Below, piece by piece: positions 38,881 through 47,942 of a stretch of 58,150 nucleotides of DNA; the stretch's first letter is position 1; each line of letters opens with the position of its first letter. The stretch covers positions 1 through 58,150 of the forward strand of contig JAZAGZ010000123.1 of the NCBI GenBank assembly GCA_036231525.1, read 5' to 3'. Made by a program: the position numbers and the translations under genes. The notes beneath the pieces were generated by a model. The model was not told where the DNA came from and did not search any database. It saw only the letters and a list, made by a program, of their open reading frames with translations. The stretch comes from Pseudomonadota bacterium. Its GTDB lineage: Bacteria; Pseudomonadota; Gammaproteobacteria; Steroidobacterales; Rariloculaceae.

Positions 38881-41559
38881 ATGAGTAAGTACGCCAGAAT
38901 TTTTATAATTTTCGGTACATGGGCAGTCATTGGCTGCATTTGTATCGGCGCCCTAATTTCAGGAGGGTATTACTACGTGGCGCCAGATCTACCCCCCGCT
39001 GAGGAACTGCGGGACGTGCGTCCGCAAATTCCCTTATCCATCTACAGCCGAGACGGTCGGCTAATTGCGCAGTTCGGCAATAGGCGTTCGCCAGTTCCTT
39101 ACGAAGACATCCCACCGATAATGATACAGGCGGTTCTCGCCGCAGAGGATGATCGATTCTTTGAGCATCCGGGCATCGATTATCAGGGGATCCTGCGGGC
39201 ACTGTGGTATTTCGTGCTCAATGCGGGAGATAGTGCCCAAGGTGGTAGCACTATTACGCAGCAGATTGCCCGGCAGGAATTCCTCACGCGCGATAGAACT
39301 CTGGTGCGAAAGTTCAAGGAGTGGATACTCGCTATTCGCATCGAGAGGGAGTTCAGTAAAGATGAGATTCTGGATATTTACCTCAATACGACGTTTCTTG
39401 GGCAGCGTTCCTGGGGTGTAGCAGCGGCAGCACAGACCTACTTTGATAAGGATCTGAGCGAGATTAGTCTTTCGGACGCCGCGGTTATTGCTGGAATACC
39501 TCGGGGGCCGTCAATCAATAACCCGTTCAATTCTCCAGTCAACGCCACACAACAGCGCGCCTATGTTTTACGTCGCATGCGTGAGCTCAATTTTATTTCT
39601 GACGATGAGTCTAGGGCGGCGCTAGCCACGCCGATCGAAGGAAAGCGTTTTGGACCCGAGCAAGAACTCGAAGCGCCTTATGTTGCAGAAATGGTGCGCG
39701 CTGAGGTCCTCGACCGGTTTGGACCGGATGCTTACGCCACAACAGGTCTAAAAGTGACAACAACTATTGATTCCCGTTTGCAGAAAGCTGCGGATGCGGC
39801 ACTGCGGCAGTCGCTGATTAATTATGATGAGCGTCATGGCTATCGCGGTCCCTTGGCACGCATCGCCCTTCCCGAGGTCGTGACCCGCATCACCCTCCCT
39901 GAGCCCAGGTCTGCAGATCATGATGTGGATGAGGTCAGTGCGGCTCTTACGGAGGACCAACAAAGGGAAATAATCAACTCAAGTTATCCAGAACCCCTGA
40001 AGGTTGAATGGAGAGCTTTGCTGGAAGAATACGCGGTGGTGTCAGGTTTCCGAACTGGATTAGTAGTTGATGTTCAGGAAATACTGTCCATTGAAAAACA
40101 ACTGGATATGCTGGCTATCGAGACAGAGCGGACGGAGTTCTTTGATGGAGTCGTAGCAGAAGAGGAAACTACAGAGATAGAAGAGCCAGTGCCAGTTTTT
40201 CAGGCGCAAGTCTATTTTGGTGACCTTGAAATTGTGCTGGTAGATATTGATGCCGTTGCGTGGGCGGCCTCTTACGTTAATGAAAATCGCAGAGGAGCTG
40301 CTCCGAAAACTGTAGCAGACGTCCTGCGTCCAGGGGATATTGTCCGATTTCGGTTATCTGAATCTGGGGAATTACGTCTTGGGCAGGTGCCAGAAGTACA
40401 GGGAGCTCTAGCTTCTCTGGATCCGCTTGACGGCGCGATCTCTGCACTGTCTGGCGGGTTCGATTTCTCATTGAGCAACTACAACCGAGCAACTCAATCT
40501 CGGCGTCAACCGGGCTCCGCCTTCAAGCCGTTTATTTATTCTGCCGCTTTGGAGAGAGGGATTACCGCGGCTAGCATTTTTAATGATGCGCCCATCGTAC
40601 TGCCTAGCCAGGAACTCGAAGGTGATTGGCGTCCGGAGAATTATTCGGGTCGGGTTAACGGTCCGACTCGTCTCAGGGAAGCTCTGATTGATTCTTTGAA
40701 TCTTGTCTCAATCAGGGTCGTACGGCGGGCAGGTATCCGCCATACAGTTCAGCATGTGAAGGGGTTTGGGTTTGATGACACGGCATCGCCAAGAAACTTA
40801 GCCTTGGCGCTGGGAGCTGGTGGGGTAGCTCCACTAGACCTTGTTCGCGGCTACGCAGCATTTGCTAATGGAGGTTTTCTTGTTGAGCCGTACATCATAG
40901 AGAAAATCGAAGATGTGGACGGCACCGAACTGTACGCGGCTTCTCCAAAACTTGCCTGTATGAATTGCGATGAACCTGAGGAGAGTGAGCCACTGCTGAT
41001 ACAGGGATTTTCGGATATCTACGCTGGTGAGAGTTACGCTCCCCGCGCCATCAATGCCCAAAATGCCTATCTCATGAACGATATGATGCAAGATGTAGTA
41101 CGACGGGGGACAGGGCAGAGAGCATATCGCGAGCTTGGGCGCACTGATCTCAGGGGGAAGACAGGGACAACTAATGATCGGCGCGATGCATGGTTTGCTG
41201 GCTTTAACGGTGATGTAGTTGCAGCAACGTGGGTTGGGTTTGATCAGGATAACTCGTTAGGAAACATTGAACAGGGCGCGCGTACTGCTCTACCAATGTG
41301 GATTAGTTTTATGCGCGAGGCTCTTGATGGTATGCCTTCCCATGCGATGGAGCGGCCACTTGGAATCGTAGATGTGCGGATCAATCCGGAGAATGGTCTT
41401 GCCACAAGTACCCGTGGCGAGAGTATTTTTGAAAAATTTAGAATGGAACATGTTCCAAAGTCAGAACAGGCGCGCCCTGAATTGTTACAAGGGGTGATCA
41501 CGGGCGACTCTTCGGAGTCTGATGGGCCAGAGACGGTGGGGTCAGGATCAATCTTTTAA
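38881..41559 (+). CDS. mrcA: Penicillin-binding protein 1A
   Basis: TM anchor; GT motifs EDDRFFEH.G.D, GGSTITQQ, RKFKE; TP motifs SAFK, SLN, KTG. Confidence 0.95.
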   Translation: MSKYARIFIIFGTWAVIGCICIGALISGGYYYVAPDLPPAEELRDVRPQIPLSIYSRDGRLIAQFGNRRSPVPYEDIPPIMIQAVLAAEDDRFFEHPGIDYQGILRALWYFVLNAGDSAQGGSTITQQIARQEFLTRDRTLVRKFKEWILAIRIEREFSKDEILDIYLNTTFLGQRSWGVAAAAQTYFDKDLSEISLSDAAVIAGIPRGPSINNPFNSPVNATQQRAYVLRRMRELNFISDDESRAALATPIEGKRFGPEQELEAPYVAEMVRAEVLDRFGPDAYATTGLKVTTTIDSRLQKAADAALRQSLINYDERHGYRGPLARIALPEVVTRITLPEPRSADHDVDEVSAALTEDQQREIINSSYPEPLKVEWRALLEEYAVVSGFRTGLVVDVQEILSIEKQLDMLAIETERTEFFDGVVAEEETTEIEEPVPVFQAQVYFGDLEIVLVDIDAVAWAASYVNENRRGAAPKTVADVLRPGDIVRFRLSESGELRLGQVPEVQGALASLDPLDGAISALSGGFDFSLSNYNRATQSRRQPGSAFKPFIYSAALERGITAASIFNDAPIVLPSQELEGDWRPENYSGRVNGPTRLREALIDSLNLVSIRVVRRAGIRHTVQHVKGFGFDDTASPRNLALALGAGGVAPLDLVRGYAAFANGGFLVEPYIIEKIEDVDGTELYAASPKLACMNCDEPEESEPLLIQGFSDIYAGESYAPRAINAQNAYLMNDMMQDVVRRGTGQRAYRELGRTDLRGKTGTTNDRRDAWFAGFNGDVVAATWVGFDQDNSLGNIEQGARTALPMWISFMREALDGMPSHAMERPLGIVDVRINPENGLATSTRGESIFEKFRMEHVPKSEQARPELLQGVITGDSSESDGPETVGSGSIF
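39859..39903 (+). repeat. Imperfect 18-bp in-frame direct repeat inside mrcA (RIALPE / RITLPE)
   Basis: CGCATCGCCCTTCCCGAG at 39859-76 and CGCATCACCCTCCCTGAG at 39886-903, with a 9-bp spacer. Confidence 0.6.
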
Positions 41560-41589
41560 AGACTAAGCCCCCGCCGCGGGCGAGTCTTC

Positions 41590-42219
41590 ATGAGGAGAAG
41601 TGCTGCTATGGCTTGGCGTGGGCTTGGTAGTGCTGAACTGCGGGGGCGCTTAGCACGAGAGGCGGCTCGGATCATTAGTGAACAAGGTATACGGGACTAT
41701 GGTCTTGCTAAACGTAAGGCTGCCCGACGTCTAGGGGTCCGAGAAGCAAGCGCACTTCCCAGTAACTCAGAAATAGAGACATGCGTGACGGAGTGGCAGC
41801 GGATTTTCGAACCTGAAGGCTACCGGAATCGACTCAAAGAATTGCGGTGCTTGGCCGTCGATATAATGACGTTTTTATCTCCATTTGAACCAAGGTTGAC
41901 GGGATCGGTCCTGACCGGAGCCATCACGGCGAATTCCCTAATTGAGATACATCTTTTTACGGATGCGCCGGAGGAGGTTATCTTGAAGCTTGAGGAAAGT
42001 GGTATTCACTATAGGAATTGTGAACGGCGCCACCGATACAGTGGTCAACGTATCTCGATTATTCCAGGCTATCGGTTCACGTTTCGGGGTGAGCGGGTCG
42101 ACGCATTAGTTTTTCCCGAGAAGGGACTGAGGCAGGCGCCCATGAGTCCGGTCGACCGACGCCCCATGTCGCGCGCACACACGGCTCGGGTAATGGCTAT
42201 ATTAGAAGATACGGTTTGA
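41590..42219 (+). CDS. Conserved hypothetical protein, nucleotidyltransferase-like fold
   Basis: LAREAARII.EQGIRDY..AKRKAARRLG, LPSN.EIE, PRLTGSVLTG, IHLFTD. Confidence 0.8.
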   Translation: MRRSAAMAWRGLGSAELRGRLAREAARIISEQGIRDYGLAKRKAARRLGVREASALPSNSEIETCVTEWQRIFEPEGYRNRLKELRCLAVDIMTFLSPFEPRLTGSVLTGAITANSLIEIHLFTDAPEEVILKLEESGIHYRNCERRHRYSGQRISIIPGYRFTFRGERVDALVFPEKGLRQAPMSPVDRRPMSRAHTARVMAILEDTV

Positions 42220-42238
42220 TCGCATGCTGTCAGAACGC

Positions 42239-43543
42239 CTAGCGATCGGTAATGGGTTGATAGTCTCTTTGGGTCGGACCGATATAGAGCTGCCGTGGTC
42301 GGCCAATGCGTGATTCGGGATCTCTGACCATTTCTCTCCACTGAGCCACCCATCCGACGGTTCGAGCAATGGAAAACATTACGGTGAACATGGATTTCGG
42401 GATGCCCAAGGCTTGGTAGATGATGCCCGAATAAAAATCAACATTAGGGTAAAGATTCTTTTCTATGAAGTATGGGTCCTTCAAGGCGATTTGTTCCAGC
42501 TCCAGTGCCAGCTCGAATAGTGGAGTGTCCTCTCCTTGACCGAGTTTTTCCAATACACGGTGACACATCTGCCGAATGATCGTCGCACGTGGGTCATGAT
42601 TCTTGTAGACCCTATGTCCAAATCCCATCAACCTGAAAGAATCATTTCTGTCTTTGGCTTTTGCAACGTATTTTTTTATGTTCTTGGCGTTGCCAACCTC
42701 TTCAAGCATATTGATGACCGCCTCGTTGGCACCACCGTGAGCAGGTCCCCAAAGAGCTGAAATGCCTGCTGAAATAGCTGAGTAAGGATTCGTGCCCGAA
42801 CTGCCAGCTAGCCTAACGGTCGAAGTACTGCAGTTTTGCTCATGATCGGCATGTAGGATGAATAAAAGATCAAGAGCCTCTGCCGCGACGGGATCAACCT
42901 TGTAAGATTCTGATTGCGCTGGAACAGAAAAAAACATGTTCAATAGATTGCTGCAGTAATCGAGCTCGTTCTGTGGGTAAACGAACGGTTGTCCAAGTGA
43001 GTGCTTGTAGGCAGCAGCTGCAATTGTGGGGATCTTAGCCATGATGCGGTGTGAAAATACATCACGATCCGACGAATCCTGAATATCGGTTGTATCGTGG
43101 TAAAACGCGGACATACATGCGACAACACCGGAAACCATAGCCATTGGGTGCGCATCATGGTGAAAACCATTGAAGAATCGCAGGAACGATTCATTTAACA
43201 TGGTATGAGTTCGGATCGATTCATCAAAGGCATTAAGCTCGCTTTCAGTCGGAAGCTCGCCATATAGCAATAGGAAAGCTACCTCAATGAAGGTGGATTG
43301 CTCAGCCAGTTGTTCGATAGGGTAACCTCTGTACATGAGCACACCCTGCTCACCATCAATGTAGGTAATTGAACTGGAACAGCAGGCTGTGGAGCCGAAG
43401 CCGAGATCGTAGGTGAAAATGCCTTGCTTGCCGTACAACGCTGAGATGTCAAGCACACTGGGACCAATGGTTCCTGCACGACGCTGGAGCTCAAACTCCG
43501 TTCCGGATTCTGTATTTTTTAGGCTATAAGGCCTGTCGCTCAT
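42239..43543 (-). CDS. gltA: Citrate synthase (type II)
   Basis: [54 protein letters not shown]. Confidence 0.97.
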   Translation of the reverse strand: MSDRPYSLKNTESGTEFELQRRAGTIGPSVLDISALYGKQGIFTYDLGFGSTACCSSSITYIDGEQGVLMYRGYPIEQLAEQSTFIEVAFLLLYGELPTESELNAFDESIRTHTMLNESFLRFFNGFHHDAHPMAMVSGVVACMSAFYHDTTDIQDSSDRDVFSHRIMAKIPTIAAAAYKHSLGQPFVYPQNELDYCSNLLNMFFSVPAQSESYKVDPVAAEALDLLFILHADHEQNCSTSTVRLAGSSGTNPYSAISAGISALWGPAHGGANEAVINMLEEVGNAKNIKKYVAKAKDRNDSFRLMGFGHRVYKNHDPRATIIRQMCHRVLEKLGQGEDTPLFELALELEQIALKDPYFIEKNLYPNVDFYSGIIYQALGIPKSMFTVMFSIARTVGWVAQWREMVRDPESRIGRPRQLYIGPTQRDYQPITDR

Positions 43544-43660
43544 TACGCGCACCTAGTTCCTTCAGAATTTTTATAACCGTTCTTGCCCAAGGACAGGCTA
43601 AAAGAATACGGTGCGCGGTTTCAGACCGGCTTGAGGCCATCAATCACGACATAGACGCCT

Positions 43661-43669
43661 ATTATAGCA
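43661..43669 (-). promoter_or_regulatory. Extended -10 promoter upstream of gltA
   Basis: Minus strand reads TGCTATAAT (TGn plus perfect TATAAT), about 120 bp upstream of gltA. Confidence 0.6.
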
Positions 43670-43717
43670 GAGGGGGCGTAAGCTCGGTTACGCAATAGGT
43701 GGTTGCACTGGGCAGAT

Positions 43718-43942
43718 CTAATTTTCTTTCTTTGAGTCAGACGAGAGCCCGTAACGACGGCGAAATTTGTCGACTCGTCCACCGCTGTCAAGGATTTTTT
43801 GTTTTCCGGTATAGAACGGATGACAAGCAGAACAGACCTCCACCTGCAAGTCTTTCCTAAGGGTCGACCGAGTAGTGAATTCGTTGCCACAGCTACAGGC
43901 CACCTTGGTCTCACCATACTCTGGATGAATATCGGGTTTCAT
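43718..43942 (-). CDS. rpmE: 50S ribosomal protein L31, zinc-binding (C+) form
   Basis: [34 protein letters not shown]. Confidence 0.97.
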   Translation of the reverse strand: MKPDIHPEYGETKVACSCGNEFTTRSTLRKDLQVEVCSACHPFYTGKQKILDSGGRVDKFRRRYGLSSDSKKEN

Positions 43943-43969
43943 GCCACGGTCTTCTAAAAAGGGCGCGTG

Positions 43970-43998
43970 AGCATACTGCCCTGATCGCTAGAAGACAA
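43970..43998 (-). promoter_or_regulatory. Putative sigma70 promoter of rpmE
   Basis: TTGTCT (43998-43993), 17-nt spacer, TATGCT (43975-43970). Confidence 0.55.
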
Positions 43999-44072
43999 GA
44001 TAAGAGGAAACAAGATCAGAGTAGATTATTGAAAACACGTCTAAGATTCAGATCTGAAACAAAAAAGAATCC

Positions 44073-44285
44073 TTATCCACAGATCCTGTGAATAACTCTG
44101 TGGAGGACATCAAACATTTTGTCTGAACTCTGTTACTTGCGGCATTTTTCGTAGATTGGTGAAAAAACGATCATTATTTATATTTTTTTAAAAAACAATA
44201 AGTTGTACGCATAAAATAAATCTTTTTTGGAGAATAAGCTCGCAACAAGCTTGTTTATGAAGCCCACTCCCAAAATTGTGTATAA
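44073..44285. promoter_or_regulatory. DnaA-box cluster with IHF-like site (DARS-like element; oriC or datA not excluded)
   Basis: TTATCCACA 44073-81, 5 nt, TGTGAATAA 44087-95, 3 nt, degenerate TGTGGAGGA 44099-107; AT-rich tract; AAACAATAAGTTG 44193-205; TGTGTATAA 44277-85. Confidence 0.75.
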
Positions 44286-44307
44286 AAAGCCGTGCCAGTC
44301 TTACCAA

Positions 44308-44925
44308 CTATGGTTTTTTTGAGGAGGGAGCTAAGGTGAACTGAATCTCGGATAGCGCGCGACCTCGATGACTGATCCGATTTTTAACTTCAGGGGGAAG
44401 CTCGGCCGCCGTGACCTTGAGTTCGGGATCGAAGAATACTGGGTCATAACCGAAACCTAACTTCCCACGGGGCTTACGGGTGATAAGACCTGGCCAAATA
44501 CCTGAACCAATTAAAGGAAAGGGGTCCTGCGGGGCTGCTAAAGCTACTACGACACAATAGAATTGTGCGCTCCGTTTTTCATCCGCTACGTCCTCCATAA
44601 GTGCCAGCAACTTCGCGACGTTGTCGTAATCTTGGCTATCCGGGCCAGCGAAACGAGCAGAATTAATGCCTGGCGCACCTGCGAGTGCGTCTACTACGAG
44701 ACCAGAATCATCGGCGATTGTTGGGAGGCCAGTTACTGTGACCACATGGCGAGCCTTCAGAAGCGCGTTCTCTACGAAGGTGTTGCCAGTTTCCTCTATT
44801 GACTCCACACCGAATTCGCTTTGGGGTAACACCTCTATACCGGAGAGGGCAAGCAACGCCTGAATTTCCGAGAGTTTGCCAGAATTTCCACTAGCGAGAA
44901 TCCAGCGACGCGGCGTGTTGGTCAC
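44308..44925 (-). CDS. rdgB: Non-canonical purine NTP pyrophosphatase RdgB/HAM1
   Basis: [41 protein letters not shown]. Confidence 0.96.
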   Translation of the reverse strand: MTNTPRRWILASGNSGKLSEIQALLALSGIEVLPQSEFGVESIEETGNTFVENALLKARHVVTVTGLPTIADDSGLVVDALAGAPGINSARFAGPDSQDYDNVAKLLALMEDVADEKRSAQFYCVVVALAAPQDPFPLIGSGIWPGLITRKPRGKLGFGYDPVFFDPELKVTAAELPPEVKNRISHRGRALSEIQFTLAPSSKKP

Positions 44926-45638
44926 AGATCCAGAGCCTCGGCCTGTTTTGCCAATAGTAGCCGTATGCCTTTTGTTGCGAGATTCAGTAACTGATCTAGT
45001 TCCCCTCGTTGGAAAGCATGTCCCTCGGCCGTCCCTTGCACCTCAACGAATCCGCCCGCCTCATTCATCACAATGTTCATATCTGTTTCCGCTTCAGCAT
45101 CCTCGGCATAGTCGAGATCAAGTATTGGCGTGCCTTTGTAAATGCCAACGGATACAGCGGCTATCTGGCCATGCAGAGGATTGCTTTCAAGCTTGCCTTC
45201 TTTCATCAATTTGGCGATTGCGAGGGCAAGAGCTACGTAGCCGCCGGTAATTGCAGCGGTGCGTGTGCCGCCATCAGCTTGTAGGACATCGCAGTCAATA
45301 GTGATTGTCCGTTCTCCGAGTGCCACACGATCCACAGCTGCCCTTAAACTACGACCGATGAGCCGTTGAATCTCCAATGTCCGCCCGCCCTGTTTGCCCC
45401 TTACAGCTTCGCGAGGATTTCGAGTATGGGTGGCGCGGGGCAACATGCCGTATTCTGCTGTGATCCACCCCTCACCCCGACCTTTGAGGAAATGTGGGAC
45501 CTTATGTTCAAGACTCGCGGTAGCCAGCACCCTCGTCTTTCCAAACTCTGTCAACACTGATCCTTCGGCGTAGCTCGCGAAATTCGTAGAGAATTGAACG
45601 GGCCGCATTTCCTCTGTGCTGCGTCCACTTAGGCGCAT
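44922..45638 (-). CDS. rph: Ribonuclease PH
   Basis: [50 protein letters not shown]; start refined to ATG 45638 after GAGGAG. Confidence 0.97.
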   Translation of the reverse strand: MRLSGRSTEEMRPVQFSTNFASYAEGSVLTEFGKTRVLATASLEHKVPHFLKGRGEGWITAEYGMLPRATHTRNPREAVRGKQGGRTLEIQRLIGRSLRAAVDRVALGERTITIDCDVLQADGGTRTAAITGGYVALALAIAKLMKEGKLESNPLHGQIAAVSVGIYKGTPILDLDYAEDAEAETDMNIVMNEAGGFVEVQGTAEGHAFQRGELDQLLNLATKGIRLLLAKQAEALDL

Positions 45639-45979
45639 GGTCAACTCCTCAATGCAGTCAAAGTAGTACCGCGATGCTTGCGGGAGGGATAAGAGGTTCT
45701 TTCCCAAGGTTTTCGCGGTGTTTCTTGGCACAATTCCTCATTACTTCGATTGCTACGAGCAGTGAACTCTTTGGGTCCGTAATGATATGCACCTGACTCT
45801 GGGGTTTTTGGTGGTTATCCGCCAAACTTTGCTCTGCGGGGTCTACTTTCATGTTGAGGCTCGTGCCAGTCTTACACATATCTTAGACTTTAAGGACCTT
45901 GTGTGCCTCGATTTATTTGAAACTTAGTTCTTAACTGATCTATAGCTATGATTCATAGACAATAAAGGTGGTGTTCACC

Positions 45980-46846
45980 ATGCCGAACAGCATGACAGGT
46001 TTTGCTAATGTCGAAGTGACGGTGGAGTCATTCCAGCTTATCTGGGAGCTTCGTAGTGTTAATCATCGCTTTTTAGAGATTGGCATTCGCTTGCCCGAGG
46101 ACTTGCGGCGATTGGAGCACACTTGCCGGGAGCGTATAAATGAGGCGCTCGGGCGCGGCAAAGTGGATTGCACCTTGAGGGTTAAGCTGACCGAAGGCCA
46201 TGCCCAGGAGATTAGGTTGCAACATGACGTCCTTTTACGTTTGCAAGCGTTGCAGGATGGGGTGCAAGAGAACCTTCCTGGCGCTCAATCGCTGACGGTT
46301 GGTGAACTTCTTCGTTGGCCGGGCGTACTTGAGGAAACGACTTATGAACCGGCGTCTTTAGAGGTTCCTATAATGCGTGCACTTGATAGTGCTCTCCAGT
46401 CATTGGGGGTTGCCCGACAGCGAGAGGGGAAGCATATATACACGCTGTTGGAACTGCGGTGTAATAAAATATTGCGCATCATTTCGCAGATTCGGCCCCG
46501 TATCGGGCGTGCCGAGAAGCGCTATCGTGAGAAGCTCCAGGAACGGTGTGATCGATTGGGTGTTGAGGCGAATCCCGAGAGACTAGAGCAGGAAATAGCA
46601 TTGCTTGCGCAACGTTTAGATATTTCCGAGGAGATAGATCGTCTCGAGGGGCACGTCAAAGAGGCGCTCATTGTATTGGTTCGAGAAGACCCTATAGGAA
46701 GACGGCTGGATTTTCTTATTCAGGAACTCAACCGTGAGGCCAACACATTGGCTTCGAAAGCACAAGATGTGGATTTAACGCGTGACGCCGTAGAGTTAAA
46801 GGTTCTGATCGAACAAATGCGTGAACAAACGCAAAATCTGGAGTAA
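45980..46846 (+). CDS. yicC: YicC/YloC family endoribonuclease
   Basis: SMTGFA, ELRSVNHRFLE, LDISEEIDRL, GRRLDFLIQELNREANTL.SK, EQMREQ.QNLE. Confidence 0.95.
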   Translation: MPNSMTGFANVEVTVESFQLIWELRSVNHRFLEIGIRLPEDLRRLEHTCRERINEALGRGKVDCTLRVKLTEGHAQEIRLQHDVLLRLQALQDGVQENLPGAQSLTVGELLRWPGVLEETTYEPASLEVPIMRALDSALQSLGVARQREGKHIYTLLELRCNKILRIISQIRPRIGRAEKRYREKLQERCDRLGVEANPERLEQEIALLAQRLDISEEIDRLEGHVKEALIVLVREDPIGRRLDFLIQELNREANTLASKAQDVDLTRDAVELKVLIEQMREQTQNLE

Positions 46847-46850
46847 TCGA

Positions 46851-47483
46851 GTGCCTTCCGGTAAGCATGGTCAGTTAGTCGTTGTTTCGGCACCATCTGG
46901 CGCGGGGAAAACCACACTCGTTCACGAGATGATTCGCCGCCGTCCAGAAATTAGGTTTTCAATTTCCTACACAACCAGACCCCCTAGGAAATCAGAAACA
47001 AATGGTAGGGATTACTTTTTCGTAGACGAGAATAAATTTCAAACTATGCTTTTGCGCGATGTTTTTTTGGAGGCAGCTCGCGTATTTGGTCACTGGTACG
47101 GTACCAGTTGGGAGTACGTGAGTGGACTGCTGAAACAAGGTAATACAGTCTTACTTGAAATAGACTGGCAGGGCGCTAACCAGGTTCGCTTGCGCATGCC
47201 AGAAGCGATAGAGATATTCATCCTACCTCCCAACCGACAAGAGCTAGAGCGACGGCTTAAAGGTCGAGGCACGGATTCAGATGTTGTTATAAGCAGGCGA
47301 CTGCGGGACGCGTTCACAGATATGTTGCACTGGAAAGAGTTTGATTACGTCCTAGTTAGCGACGATGTTGGGAAGTGTGCTGATGCATTTGAAGGCATAC
47401 TCGATGGTCAGGGTGAGTTGAATAGAGTGAATTCGCGGGACACCCAAGAGAGAGTCGCACAGATTCTAGATTCTGATACGTAA
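46851..47483 (+). CDS. gmk: Guanylate kinase
   Basis: SAPSGAGKTT, SISYTTRPPR..E..G.DYFF, LEIDWQGA, RGTDS; likely GTG start at 46851 after GGAG. Confidence 0.96.
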   Translation: MPSGKHGQLVVVSAPSGAGKTTLVHEMIRRRPEIRFSISYTTRPPRKSETNGRDYFFVDENKFQTMLLRDVFLEAARVFGHWYGTSWEYVSGLLKQGNTVLLEIDWQGANQVRLRMPEAIEIFILPPNRQELERRLKGRGTDSDVVISRRLRDAFTDMLHWKEFDYVLVSDDVGKCADAFEGILDGQGELNRVNSRDTQERVAQILDSDT

Positions 47484-47593
47484 GTTTGTGCCGGCGCGCT
47501 TCGCTTATATCTTTGGTTGTTGAAACGTTGTGGCGATCGTCAGGGCTATTGCAGTAAACTGGCGGTAAGACCCGAATTTAAGGAGGGCGCGTC

Positions 47594-47887
47594 GTGGCCC
47601 GAATAACTGTAGAAGATTGCGCCAAAAATGTAGAGAATATGTTTCAGTTGGTTCTAGTGACCGCAAAGCGTGCTCGCCAGCTGGCTAATGGAGCCGAGCC
47701 CATGGTGGACTGGGAAAACGACAAACCCACGGTCGTCGCACTCCGTGAAGTCGCAGAGGGCCATATTACCGAGAGTATCCTAGAAGAGCGGGATGAGCCC
47801 ATCGAGGATTTGCTCGAGGTAGAGCAGGAAGAATCCAGTCTTAAGGATGATTTACTTCATGCTCAACCGATTTCTATCGGCGACTGA
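47594..47887 (+). CDS. rpoZ: RNA polymerase omega subunit
   Basis: [30 protein letters not shown]; AGGAGG RBS. Confidence 0.97.
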   Translation: MARITVEDCAKNVENMFQLVLVTAKRARQLANGAEPMVDWENDKPTVVALREVAEGHITESILEERDEPIEDLLEVEQEESSLKDDLLHAQPISIGD

Positions 47888-47942
47888 CGAGTGAGACTTG
47901 CGCGCCCGGCACGCCGATCCGGGCGACGTTTGGGAGCTCACT

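Larger units (their letters stand above)
44291..45875 (+). repeat. 14-bp exact direct repeat flanking rdgB-rph
   Basis: CGTGCCAGTCTTAC at 44291-44304 and at 45862-45875, both intergenic. Confidence 0.5.

Noticed and set aside
44281-45880. Sigma54 promoters at TGGCAC motifs (near 44297 minus, 45726 plus, 45868 minus)
   Set aside because: None has the TTGC -12 element at the required spacing.
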